Shown here: piece by piece, positions 1 through 11,290 of the stretch | Position numbering within the stretch: position 1 is the first letter of the stretch | Layout of the letters: every line of letters begins with the position of its first letter | Source: Perkinsus chesapeaki ATCC PRA-425 | Taxonomy: Eukaryota > Protista > Perkinsozoa | Reading direction: 5' to 3' | Length of the DNA stretch: 64,000 nucleotides | Assembly: GCA_013115145.1 (NCBI GenBank) | Contig: JAAPAO010000011.1 | Location: 1 to 64,000 of the forward strand | The notes under the pieces: model-generated | What the model was told of the DNA's origin: nothing | Database searches by the model: none | Seen by the model: the letters and a program-made list of their open reading frames with translations, nothing else | Translations under genes and position numbers: made by a program

Positions 1-583
1 CATCATCTAGAACAACCCCTAACCCTAGATCTTCTACGGTTTCTTCAATTATTAATCTAAGTCGTCCCGTACAAGGGAGTATGTGGGCGGGCGCTTTTCG
101 AGAGGTGACGTGACGCGGGGAATAGGGCTTGCCAAGCGATTATACTTTGTTCCATAGCCAAATTATGTCTCTTGCATGAGGACCGTTGATCCTCGCCCTC
201 CATGGACGGGTAATGGTGGGTCGCCCGATGGTCGTCTTATCCATCCCAGGCAACCTAACTCACGCACAAGACTTCAGCTATGCTCTCTGTATCGCCACTG
301 TCCCCCTCTTCTCGTCTTGTTTGGTACTTTTCTCTACACTGGTGGCTGCTGGCCATCACCAGCCCACCGCGTCGTTCAAGCGGGAATACACCTCGCTATC
401 CCCGCAGGATGATTTCGCGCTTAAGAAATACTCCCATTCGAGATCTTCCATCAATTCAGTCGCGTCGGTATGATAATCTCATACATGATGTGTCTTTATA
501 GTTGCGCTCGATGATGGCTGCAGAATTGAGGTGTAGTGTGCTACTTAACAATAGATTTCGTTATTAGGGAAACATTGTCACAA

Positions 584-982
584 ATGTCCATCTCTCCTCT
601 CTCAATTCTCCTTATTGGCGTTCTTGGTATGGCCCTGGCCGACGGCAAGTGTACACCAAGTGATGTCAATGTTATCCAGAAGAGTGGCAAGTTCAACGAG
701 TTTGTCTACCACTGCAGTTACACGACTTGGGGTTCAGGCCCTGGCACTGCCGAGTGTGTTAAAAATGGTTGCGGTATTTCTCCAGGTTGTGCTGAATGCT
801 TTGGGCAATCGACTTCATGTGGTGCATTATGTGGTGGGCCCTGCGCGCTAGCCGGGAACCCCAGCGATGAAAAATGTCAAGATTGCCTCAACTCAAAGGG
901 ATGTCCTAAAGCCCTAGAGGAGTGCACCGGTATAACTAACCTTCCCCCACCCCCTTCCGATCGTAGTTCGAGCTGTGCCTAG
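584..982 (+). CDS. Secreted cysteine-rich small protein, paralogue A (intronless, 14 Cys)
   Basis: ATG at 584 is followed by a hydrophobic signal peptide (MSISPLSILLIGVLGMALA|DGKC). There are 14 Cys in the mature part, and it aligns end to end with 2460-2852. Confidence 0.85.
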   Translation: MSISPLSILLIGVLGMALADGKCTPSDVNVIQKSGKFNEFVYHCSYTTWGSGPGTAECVKNGCGISPGCAECFGQSTSCGALCGGPCALAGNPSDEKCQDCLNSKGCPKALEECTGITNLPPPPSDRSSSCA

Positions 983-1356
983 CTTATGAGCATTGCTACC
1001 CAGGAGCTAAATGTCAACTTATAGATAGGCTCATGTGGGTCCGCAGTTTTCGGAGCTCGTTCCATTGGGAACTTTTTTCGCTTATTGCCTAACAACAGAC
1101 AGACAGCATGGTACCTTTACCTGACCAGAATGGCTGTGTCCGTCTTTCGATGGTATGTACCATGTCTGTATCTCATATTTTCATAGTCCGTCCTATATCA
1201 CCGGAAGTATTGTAGCTTCTGATTCATTTCCGAGTGTTTTGTTCAAGTTAAGTAGTGGTTTTTTTGCAAGGTTATACCACACGTCTGCAGGAGGGATGAA
1301 TTCCATTGAACTTGTGAATGATTACTATGTACTAGCCAGTTATTGAATTCCGATAG

Positions 1357-1930
1357 CTAGTTGATGAAGATTCTGACCATTGCACCCGGGTTGGAATGGC
1401 CCTGAACTTTCGATGAAGACAGTTCGAGAAGGTCACCAGTCTGGACCAGACTGTGGTGTGATACTAGACTGTCGGGTATGACACCAGTGTGGTGATTGAC
1501 ATTAGCCCGAGCAAAAGCCCGCGCCTGATACGTTACGGTGACGACTCGTCAGCTTGTTATAGTTACAGTTGTGAAGAGGTAGCGCATCGGTTAGTCAGGA
1601 CAACAAGGCACATCACTCTCCTGTGGTGTTGGATTCGGGTGGCGTAAGCTACACTATACAAAATCCGATCTGGTGGGCAATATGGCGGCGTGACAAACCT
1701 ACTTGGTTCTCGCTATTCGTTGAGATTGGCATGCTGGGACTATGGAGAGTACGCGGCAACACACAACATAAAAGCGTTCTGGGAACAAGAGAATATTTGA
1801 GATCACGAGAGCAGTCATCGAAAGCCTGGAATAGTATTCCATAAGAATCATCTGATGCACAATATTCCAGAAATACCAAATCGGAACGGTTCTTATCGAC
1901 GCACCGAACACGGTACCCGCTCAGTGCCAA
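1357..1930 (-). CDS. Possible spliced hypothetical protein
   Basis: Open segments 1649-1930 and about 1357-1545 (RVVTVTYQARAFARANVNHH...VRIFIN*) lie on the minus strand. No family is recognised and the exon structure is unresolved. Confidence 0.2.
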
Positions 1931-2459
1931 ACGTGTGCTATACCACGTGCTGGAGCTTCTCCGCCACTATGCCATCTACCATGTCTACTAATACATCAAG
2001 GAGTTCTTCGAGCCGAAAATTAACATAACTTCTTTTCGTGACTGTGCACCGCGAAACTCTTGTCAGTCTCCTTGTTCGGAAACGCCGTCTCCCTTGTCCA
2101 TTATGAGGTCCCTCGCTCAACCCACGGTGGTTCCTGGACTGCGGATCACTCCAAAACGCCAGGGACTTAACACAATTCTCCCATCAAACTAAAGTCTTTT
2201 TCAATTCCTCAATAATATCGAGTCAATCCTGTCAATCTGTCTCCCGTGCAAGGTTATCATACGCGTTCAAAGAGACATCAAACGTTCAGAAACGGTAGGA
2301 GATCGGAGACGAGAAAAGAAACAATTTGCCCGGAGACGGGAAAATTGGGGCGGAGTTGGCTCGTGTGAGATGTCGTTGCGCACTCAATTGAGTTAGGGTG
2401 TAACGTAACAATCGTCCCCACTTTGGCTGGATCTGGTTAAGCGATTCAGTAAGTTGTTA

Positions 2460-2852
2460 ATGACTTTCTTTATCGTTCTTCTTGGCCTTGTGACTATCGC
2501 CAGCGCCGATGGTAAGTGTACTCCGGGCGATATCGCGGTCATCCACACGAGAAGCAAGTTTGCCGAGTACGTCTACTACTGTGGTCACCACAATTGGGGA
2601 AGCAGCGCTCCCACTACCAATTGTGTTGTGAAAGGTTGTGGTATTTCGGATGGATGTGGGGCATGCTTTGGGGAAGCGGCGAGATGTGGCATATCCTGTG
2701 CTTTGAGATGTGCACTGTTTGGAAAGAAGCCAAGCGATCAGGCCTGCCAAGACTGCCTAAACTCAAGGGGGTGTAACCAGGCCCTTGTTGACTGTACTGG
2801 TGCCAGTAACCTTCCTCCCCCTCCTTCTGAGAAAAGCCTGGTATGCGGCTAA
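2460..2852 (+). CDS. Secreted cysteine-rich small protein, paralogue B (intronless, 14 Cys)
   Basis: ATG at 2460, signal peptide MTFFIVLLGLVTIASA|DGKC. All 14 Cys align with paralogue A, with shared motifs GCGIS.GC..CFG, CQDCLNS.GC and CTG..NLPPPPS. Confidence 0.85.
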   Translation: MTFFIVLLGLVTIASADGKCTPGDIAVIHTRSKFAEYVYYCGHHNWGSSAPTTNCVVKGCGISDGCGACFGEAARCGISCALRCALFGKKPSDQACQDCLNSRGCNQALVDCTGASNLPPPPSEKSLVCG

Positions 2853-3517
2853 GCTAACCGAGTCCGGGTTATCGGTGAGTATAGCACCACCCCGTACGAG
2901 TGAATGGTAATGGGCATTGGCACTGTTATAGCTGACATACGTAACGCTCGACTTTGTTGCTCAGCGCTTGTCGCGAGTGTGGTTGGTATTTGGTGCAAGG
3001 CCGAATACACGCTGGAAAGAATCTATCCGATTGGGGTGACAATTCAATCTGCCAAGAGCTGCCGCAACCTTGGAACTCCAAAGTAGTTGCAGCCGTAAGC
3101 TCGAACGATAATTGGCCTGCTGATACAGTAACACCGTTACTGGGTGTATTTGCACTCGATGGGGCAGCACAACCGTTGCAACTTTCGTTCGGGGAATTGA
3201 AAACCCGCCGAAAAGTGATTTCAGAACAGGCTCTGGGGCGAATGTTTATTCGGAAACCGCTTCCTACGCAGCTCTTCCAAGGTGGAAGAGAAGGTAACTC
3301 AGTGAAACTGCGTTTAACTGGTTTGCAGGTAGGGCTGCGGAGGTTCGTACTGTACCGCCCATTCGAGCATAAATTAACCAACAAGATAGGTACGCAAAGG
3401 GTCGATGTCAACGTATTGTTAAATGTGAAGGAACAGACGTTTGAGCGACAGTCGCTCAGGCGGAGGGAAGCGTTGATCATCAGTGTCACCAGTCTCCTAA
3501 GATAAGAGAGCTCCTCC

Positions 3518-5904
3518 TCATCCTCTCTCAACTGTTTGATGCTTACCTCCTTTACCTCCGTTATTGTAGTAACCGCCACCTTTCCCTTTACCCCAGTCGC
3601 TGCCTTTGCCCGAGGGGCTATTCCACGCTGGGCCATTCCACTCAGAGTTCCACGAGCCACCTGAATTGAACAGGTCGTCATCTCGCGACGTCCTCTGTTA
3701 CCACCCTGCCAGTTGCTTTGCGGCTGCGAGTACTGGGGTCCCCATGCCCAATTATCTGCACCCTTGCCTGAAAGATTAAAGTACTACCAGTAAACCGAGA
3801 CAGCGTTACCTCCTTTTCCGGCGCTCCACCAGCCGCTACCATCCCCACTGTAATCTTGCCAACCTTTAGAGCCTATGAATACAAGTCTTCAAACCGTAAC
3901 AGCATATCGAAGCCTACCGCCAGGGTGGCCGCTCCACTGTCCCTTTCCAGAGGATCGTCCCTTACCACTGTGATGTGGCCAGCCTCCCTTAGAGGGTGCC
4001 GGGGGAGGCAGATCAACTGGGAAGGTAGGCCCCTCCACCGCAGCAGGCTCATCGACTGGTTCCTAAATCATGGGCAGCTTATATATGCTGAAGCTCTTAT
4101 ATACCCCTACCGCTGCAGGCTCCTCAACTTCCTTGATCGGTTGCGGCTCCTCCACCATCACTGGGAACTTCGAAGCATCCAGAGTGACTATGAAAACCGG
4201 ATGCTCGACAACGACGCGGTAATACAGGTTCTCCTTGATGGACTTGGAGGCATCCAAAAGCCAAAACCTGTCAGCCTGAAAGTTCCCTAGGCAGCACCCC
4301 ACCCTTTACTTATTGCAACGGCTCAAGTCCTGCTCCGTGTTGTTATATGGGCTCTCGTCGTGGTATGTATGGGGCTTGTGTGACATCAACACCTGAAGCT
4401 TAATAAGCAGCCATCTTCGAGCTCCTGAGCACCTTCATGAACACCGACACCTTCTCCGTCCCAGCAGCGATGTAGTCTGGTATACTGTCGGCAAGGTCGC
4501 CTAATCACTGAGCATGCGATCTGCTGCCCCCCACTTCCGCCACTCTCACGTCTCCATCTATTGCCGACCAAAGCCTCTATCAAGTCACCCGATTTAGCAT
4601 CCTCACTGCATCTGCAATACAGACCGATCATCAGGAAGCCCGGAAAGTCAATGCGTTACACTTCGTTCAGGACTACTTCTTCGCCGCCTTCCTTAGCTGG
4701 TTGGAACCGCCACTCAAGCTTCCAGTGCACCACTGGCTCTTGACGAGGCTCCTGGGGCGCCAATGTGGATTCCCCCTTAGTCGCCTCCGGATCAGCTTTG
4801 CCTGCATCGGCGTTGGGCTCCTCTGTCTTCTCCTAACCCCATCAGTCAGAAGGCGATCCCCCGCCATACACTCCCTACCGGCTGTTGTTGCTGCTGCTGT
4901 TCTCCCTTTTTAGACTTAGGCTTTCCTCCGGGGTACTTCAGGCATGAGCTATTACGCTTTGCCAGCTGGAACAGATCTGGCACTAAGTGCAGGGTCGTCA
5001 AAGGTGAACGCTTAGACAGGAAGTCTCGCAGTCTGAGGGAACGGGAGTAGGTGATGTCACTCCTGACGCTGAAGATTTCGAAATGGAGTTCATCACGGTG
5101 CTCGGGCACCACCGGTGGAGTTGCCTCCGTAGGTGCCAGCCGAAATTAATGTTCCTATTCCTGAGATCGTCCTGCTTGTCCGACCACTACCGCCAAATTG
5201 AGGTCCTCATCGGCGAAATTGATTTCTCAAAGGTGAAACTATCCTTCGCGCATTTTCATTCGGGAAGCGCAGCAGCGCATGAAATGAGCTCGACGTACCG
5301 AGTTTCTCGCGAGACGTGAATCGTTCCGGAAAAAACCTGCAGTACACTACCCCCCTCTATACGGCAATTGGCCCACTTACGTATATCGCGCAGAGTGCCG
5401 CTGCTTCGACCTAGTATTTCGATTAACCTGATAACCACTTGCCTCCCACCTCCCCCTTTCCGAACTACACTGTCATTCCGTGTCTCCAGAGAGTGAGTCT
5501 GTGCCGTGTGAGCCTTACAGGAGGCATCTTCAAGCAGGGATATATCTGCTCAGATCTTCTCCTAGTCCCCCTATCACCAGCTCACCGCGCCTCAGCACCT
5601 TCTCGTCGAACTCGTTTATCGCAACGTGCTCCACCAAAGCCCGCTTGCCTACCCAACAGTCCAGCCAAAACAGTGACCGGCCCATCACCTGTGCACTTGC
5701 TGTTGGCCTTATGAGCATTAACACACGCGAGGCTGCACGTCTTCACACTGCAGGCTGGGCAAGTATATCTGAACTCCACGGCTGATCAAATCGCCCCACA
5801 AAACGCATTGCCGCGCCGAGCTACTACTTGAATTCGCTCTTCTTGCATACTTGGCATAATGACGAGGACGCACTGGCCTCGTCTGTCGTCGAAGACCCAC
5901 TCAT
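3518..5904 (-). CDS. BCD1: Box C/D snoRNA protein 1 (zf-HIT, BCD1/ZNHIT6-like), multi-exon, with a Gly/Trp/Lys-rich C-terminal tail
   Basis: The spliced N-terminus reads LCQVCKKSEFK|YTCPACSVKTCSLACVNAHKANSKCTG|KRALVEHVAINEFDEKVLRR, i.e. a HIT zinc finger plus the BCD1-type downstream helix. The C-terminal half includes FWLLDASKSIKENLYYRVVVEHPVFIV. The 3' end is tentative and there is an apparent frameshift near 3683. Confidence 0.8.
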
Positions 5905-6010
5905 TCCAACGGTACTACTACCCGCTATGATAAGACTTAACGCAAATCGTTGAGCAGACAGTTGCACCACAGGAACGATGCGAGGGTTCGGTGAGATAGT
6001 TGGCAAGGGA

Positions 6011-6067
6011 GAGTAGCATATCATATACAGTTCGTGAGGATTTGGAGCTGAATAGTCATTCGCACTC
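6011..6067 (-). promoter_or_regulatory. SECIS element (type I) in the 3' UTR of the SelT gene
   Basis: The minus-strand RNA reads GAGUGC-GA-AUGAC-UAUUCAGCUC-C-AAA-UCCUCAC-GAACUGUAUA-UGAU-AU-GCUACUC. It has the AUGA/UGA kink-turn quartet, a 10-position helix II (8 Watson-Crick pairs), an apical AAA and a helix I. Confidence 0.85.
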
Positions 6068-6585
6068 GCGACGCTGGACAGGATGGGATGCAGGGAAGTA
6101 GCTCGGGACCTGCGAGCAATGGGGACAGTGTTTGTGTGCCACAATATGATAAAAATGTAGAATTTTCCCAGTTTTCGTCAGGCACTTGATCCCAACTATA
6201 TTCGACGAGTTGAAGGAGGCTACGTTGAAGATTGTTTTCATCGTAGTACATACTTCCCTATTGTGACGTTAATATTATACTGTTGCATTATAAACTATTG
6301 AAAGAGTAGCATATGTATGCTATTAGTACTGTACAAGCTATTACCTACTACCGCAATACGTAGCGCCAGTACAGCTTAAGCTTTGTTAAACAACACAGTA
6401 CCATTCCCACTGAACAGTTCGATAGGAAGCATTACCGCACGCCAATGAAATCCCTAACCCCATCAACTCCGGTATATTTCTTTATTACCCGTTCTCCTCT
6501 CTCCAGTCAGCGTCTACCCTTGGCAAAAATCACACCTAAGCCTTACACCTAAGCCTTTTATCGTCAAGTATACAGGAGGGCGCCT

Positions 6586-7900
6586 TTAGAACGCGAAGTC
6601 AACTCCTTGCCGTTGGAAGGCCTAAGCTGATGATACTGCTAACATCTACGTGCTTAACTGACCATAACGATATCGTTTAGCTTCGGCAGACGGCCTGCTT
6701 GCAGTGTAGACCAGATAAGAGTATTCCCCTTGTAGATCTCGAACGCCCCTACAGGAGATATGCACCTCGGCACTGGTTGCCCCAGTACTACCAGTGTTCA
6801 TTAGGATACCCTGTAGAGTAGAGCCTATGAAATAGACCGCAAAGAACGAAGTGAATTTATTGTCTTGCATGCTCTTCACCAAGTCAGGCGTGGGGATACC
6901 GATAAAGCCGCAAATGGATTCTGATAGTGACGTCCTGGTAGCGTCGCCATCGGAAGACGTTACCTCCAAAAAACACCATCGCAAACAGGAATAGCTGCAG
7001 CATCCCTATAAGAGATGATATATGTTTCACGGACTCCGAAATGGGGTACCTTGGGAAAGAACATCTTTTTAGGGGAACGAAATAAACCTCGGGACTACAG
7101 CATAGCCACTTCGAGCTCGAGAGCGCAGGGTTCTTTGAAAGAGCCTCTTCCTATCTAGTGAATTCCGAAGATTCCTAGCTCATGGGTAAAGTAGGTTCGA
7201 ACTATTGCTATTGTTATGATGAAAGATGCCCAATGGTAGTGGAGTTCAGATACGCTGATCTTTCTAGGCTCTCGAGAATATAAAATATCTATGCGTTTAT
7301 AACAGAAAAGCGGTTTTATTGAGAACATATATATCCACAGTGGACCATCCACCGCAAAGGCTCACACAGGGATCCTTATCTCAGTTATTACTCGACGCCT
7401 CGTATGTCCAGTATCGAAGTAGACTTCTGGTCCAATAATTGAGCTACTTGTTGGAATGCTCCACGGAAAGATCAGCTCTGGCAGAACCTGTCCGCGAATG
7501 AGCCCCACTCGAACGGCGGTTGCCTACTGTATCGTAACCTGGTCCTCGGGCATGGCAACATCAAGATACTCCCTATGCGGAATATCTTCCCCTTGCAGAG
7601 CTGACTTGAAGTATTCTGGCTTCATAGGATTCGCCTGAGTAGACCTCATTCGTCACCGGACCGATTGGCCTCCTATAAATGGCCCGTTTACTGTACCCTT
7701 ACAATTTAATACCATATTATATATACTTTACCCATATTGAACTATATTGCATTGTACTCTAATCACATATCAAATATAGTCATATTCACTTCTTGCTAAA
7801 ATGTCCTAAGGACACTGTCCTTTATGCCTTATTACCATCGCTAGTCCACAGAAGAGAGCCACAAGTAAGCAAAGCAGGTATAACCTTCGATTAAAGCTTC
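6586..7900 (-). CDS. SELENOT: Selenoprotein T (Rdx family) with in-frame UGA = Sec at 7472-7474; multi-exon; start codon unresolved
   Basis: The spliced product includes RRLYLLCLLVALFCGLAM|ANPMKPEY...DQVTIQ|FCQSUSFRGAFQQVAQLL...GVE|YPISESVKHISSLIGMLQLFLFAMVFFG|...DNKFTSFFAVYFIGSTLQGILMNTG|AFEIYKGNTLIWSTLQAGRLPKLNDIVM|AFQRQGVDFAF*. This matches the SelT CxxU motif, TM hairpin and TGAFEI...WS...GRLP motif. Confidence 0.92.
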
Positions 7901-8088
7901 TCAGAATGGTAAAAACAAATACTAACAGATCCGCGAATACAACGATACCTATATCTAAATCTATATCTATATCTAAATAGTTCAATTCAGTTCGAGGTCA
8001 GGTCTACAAATCTTGCACTCACTTGCATTTCCCTTACCGAATCGGGTCTTCGCGGATTTTGAGAACATCAACCTTTTTTATCGTTATT

Positions 8089-10940
8089 ATGAATCCCGAT
8101 CTCGGTACAAAGGCTGCTAAGGCTAGTAACCTCAAGAGAAGGGAGCTCAAGGCCTCTGCTGCTAGGGAGGATCAGAACTCTAAACACAATGCTAACAAGA
8201 TACTCGAAAGCTGGCTCAAGATTATGCGGTAGCACAGTGAAAGATACCAAGCAGGTTGATTGAGCGACCATTTAGAGCATACAAGGCACAGCAGCTCAAG
8301 AGAGATGTCGAAATAATATCGCAGAACCATGAAAGAGACGTTGATAGAAAAGACGCGGTTTTACAGATGCTCGACCGGGACCTTGACGAAGGTGCTCCAA
8401 CGCTTGTCTTCTTTCTGACCTATTTTGGATCTTTAGCCGAAGAACAGCATCAAGTGGCAATACGGTCTGTATTTTCCGATATGGATACGTTGGTGGAGAT
8501 CTTCCAAAGGAAACTGCGAGCTCAAAACGACAAGTTCAATCGGCAAGTGAGATCGACCTTATTTTCGCCAGATCATGTTTTCTTTCATCGTTGCGGAACT
8601 GGTCTCCGCCTGTGCGCTTCAGGATAGTATCCACGAGCAATAAAAATCGGCAGTTTATTATCGCAGATTGCTTACTGCCGACTTCTATTAGAGAGTCACC
8701 TAGCCCCATAGAAATGTTCCTTTTATTGTACGAGAAAACTTTTGTTTAAACATATGTTCCAAAAGGATACATGGAATGGATTCGCTCTACGGCTCCTACC
8801 ATAACTACTCTCAGCTGCTTCTAATGAAGGAGGAGTTCGACACAGAGCGGCGACGGTTGGTGGACCAGCATGGCCAAGAAGTCGCCGAGCTGAACTCTGT
8901 GATCGAGCAGGTGACTCGGCGCTGTATTGTGCATGGTGTTGTAAAACGGATTCAGATTGATGCGATCGAAAAGGCAAGGGAACAGAACGACCTGGCAGAG
9001 CATCAAAGCAATTATGAGATGATACGGAATAGGGATATTGAGGAGGACCATCAGATGCGATCTCATCTCGAGGAACAGATAGAAATACTTAAAGTCGGTA
9101 TAGAAGTGGCTCGGGATTCCTGGATACAGTGCAACAGAACTACCTAGATGTTTGACATATATTGTATGTTATTATACATGATTAGTTATATACTAGAGAC
9201 AGGCGCTGAATACTATGTACTCGGCCGCATTTGTGAGCCCATTTACTATTATATACTGGGACGTATACATGCCACTCAATCCAATGAGACACTTGATTTG
9301 AGTCTCGTAGCCTCCATCGGTGCCTAGTCTAGTGGAGCTAGGTGCCGATGGACGTTGCTGTACTTGTCAGGATCGATGTAATGCTCAACTGGCCTCATAT
9401 AAGCAGGCAACAGATGCCAACACTGCTGACTACAAGAACTACTTGGAACGTGATCGTAAGGGAACTCTCTAACAGTACCATCATTCCTCCACCACTGGAA
9501 GGCATTTTATCGAGTCAAGTTGAACAGAAGCTTCGGCAGGTGGATCGCATTCAGAACGATATTCAAGATCTCCGCCTCAAACTCGACCAGGTGGTGATGC
9601 CCGATGAGTGCCAAATGGCTTACTAATTTCAGAATCGAACGGAATGGGAGGGCCGAAACACTCAACTTAAACGAGAAAAGGAGCAAGTCAGGAAGCACCT
9701 GGCTCAACTGAAGGCCAGGATGCACACAGCCAGGACTGAGGAACATTCAAGGTGTCAACATTGTAGCCTGCCATACCGCTCCGTTGTTAACTGTACGGTC
9801 GATATGCCTTCGGAATATACGAAACTACCCAATCAGAGTTTTCTCGCTTTTTAGTGAATTTCCCGCAGGTTCGTCGACTTATTGCCTGTGAATGCATAGT
9901 CAAATCCGCAGTGTATTCGGGTATTGTTTTTTGCGACTAACAATCGATTGATTTTAGGATGCTGGACTTGGTGTCGAACGCTGAAGGATGCAAACGACAT
10001 TTGAAAGGGCAATTCGAACGAGAGGAACGTATACTGAAGCTGGCCGAGCTATGCAGGAAATTCGAGACGGAGCGAGAGAAGGTCTTGCCGTTCTACACTA
10101 ATGCAGATATGAATGTGGATGAGATAGATTTCGAGGTAGTAGATGGATGGAGTTTTGGAATAGCAGTTAGTTTTATGTAGATAGGATGCTCTATTGTATT
10201 CTAATATATAATATTATTATACAGCGTGAACGAGTCATTGTGGTCCTTAATAAGGACTCCTTATTGTTCAATCCGTTATCGTTCAATTCTGCTACTGTTT
10301 TTGTTTATCTGATTGCTAGAGGAATGAAGTTGTGTAGAATTGACCGAACAAAATGAAATTAGATTATAATTATCAGTACGCCACATGCCTCTTTGAGCAT
10401 GTATGTTTACCGTAATAAATAACAACTACTGCTAGTATCTCTCTTAAGAACGAAGATCTTCGGGAGGAAGTGCGAGACGTGCTTAAACAGCAAGCCAGCA
10501 ACTGTGCAAGCGGCTGCGATGAGACGACTTATCTTGACACCTTCTTCAAAAAGGTAAATCAATTAGCATTTTTCTCGGTGAAATCCTCCCCATTTGCAGT
10601 TTAATAAAATCCAGCTTGACACGCTGGCAATCGAGGCAGAGCAAAAACGACTGGAAACCGAGCGACATCAACTTAGGGATATCCTAAAGCAGTTCGTCGA
10701 CGGTAAATCGGGTTTTGAAATCATCGAGAGCATTTGTGGCAGGTGTTACCGTGAGTCCAGAGGTGCTCACTAAACCTAACCCCTTGCTTATAGTGAATGG
10801 CAGAGTCAATCTTAATCAAATGGGAGCCAGACAAGCTGCGGGTCGGACAGAACTGATGGAAAAATGTTATTGTGGCCGTCGCAGGTGCCGGCTTGCTAGG
10901 GAAGCCTGTTGTCCAGGAAGCTCAAGTAAAATTCAAATGA
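8089..10940 (+). CDS. DRC2: Dynein regulatory complex subunit 2 (CCDC65), multi-exon
   Basis: It contains the hallmark segments [34 protein letters not shown](A)[33 protein letters not shown] and [22 protein letters not shown]. Confidence 0.9.
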
Positions 10941-11290
10941 TGATGTTAAGAATGTTGTCAGTGCGATAGTGTCGAGTTGATAGCTACTGTAGAACTCAAG
11001 ACGAGATGAGGATGCGGAAATGGGCAGAATATGCCGACAGTAATCTAAACAGCATCACAGTGGCAGGCAACCCACAGGGAGCTGTTGCACTGAGGAAGGA
11101 TATATGAGATGGTACTTCGCCTGTTCAATTGGCTCAGAGTGATGGCCCTCTAAGAGAACAGTTTATCAATAATGCTATTAGCAATCAGAAGGTCTAATAA
11201 TAAAATCACGAACAGAAAATTGTGGGGAATTTCCCGTTACAAAAAGGCACGAATGAGCGTCTGACTGTTGCGGTCGATGGCGCTGCTGCT

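Noticed and set aside
14-28. AACCCCTAACCCTAG, telomere-like, at the window start
   Set aside because: Only about two imperfect units, not an array.
2926-3681. 251-aa minus ORF and overlapping 183-aa plus ORF (2954-3505)
   Set aside because: The 5' part is an off-frame reading of the BCD1 tail. No motif supports either ORF as a gene.
6526-6556. 13-bp tandem duplication (ACACCTAAGCCTT x2) and a small GUGA hairpin in the SelT 3' UTR
   Set aside because: The stem is too short for a SECIS. The true SECIS is at 6011-6067, and the duplication looks like ordinary slippage.
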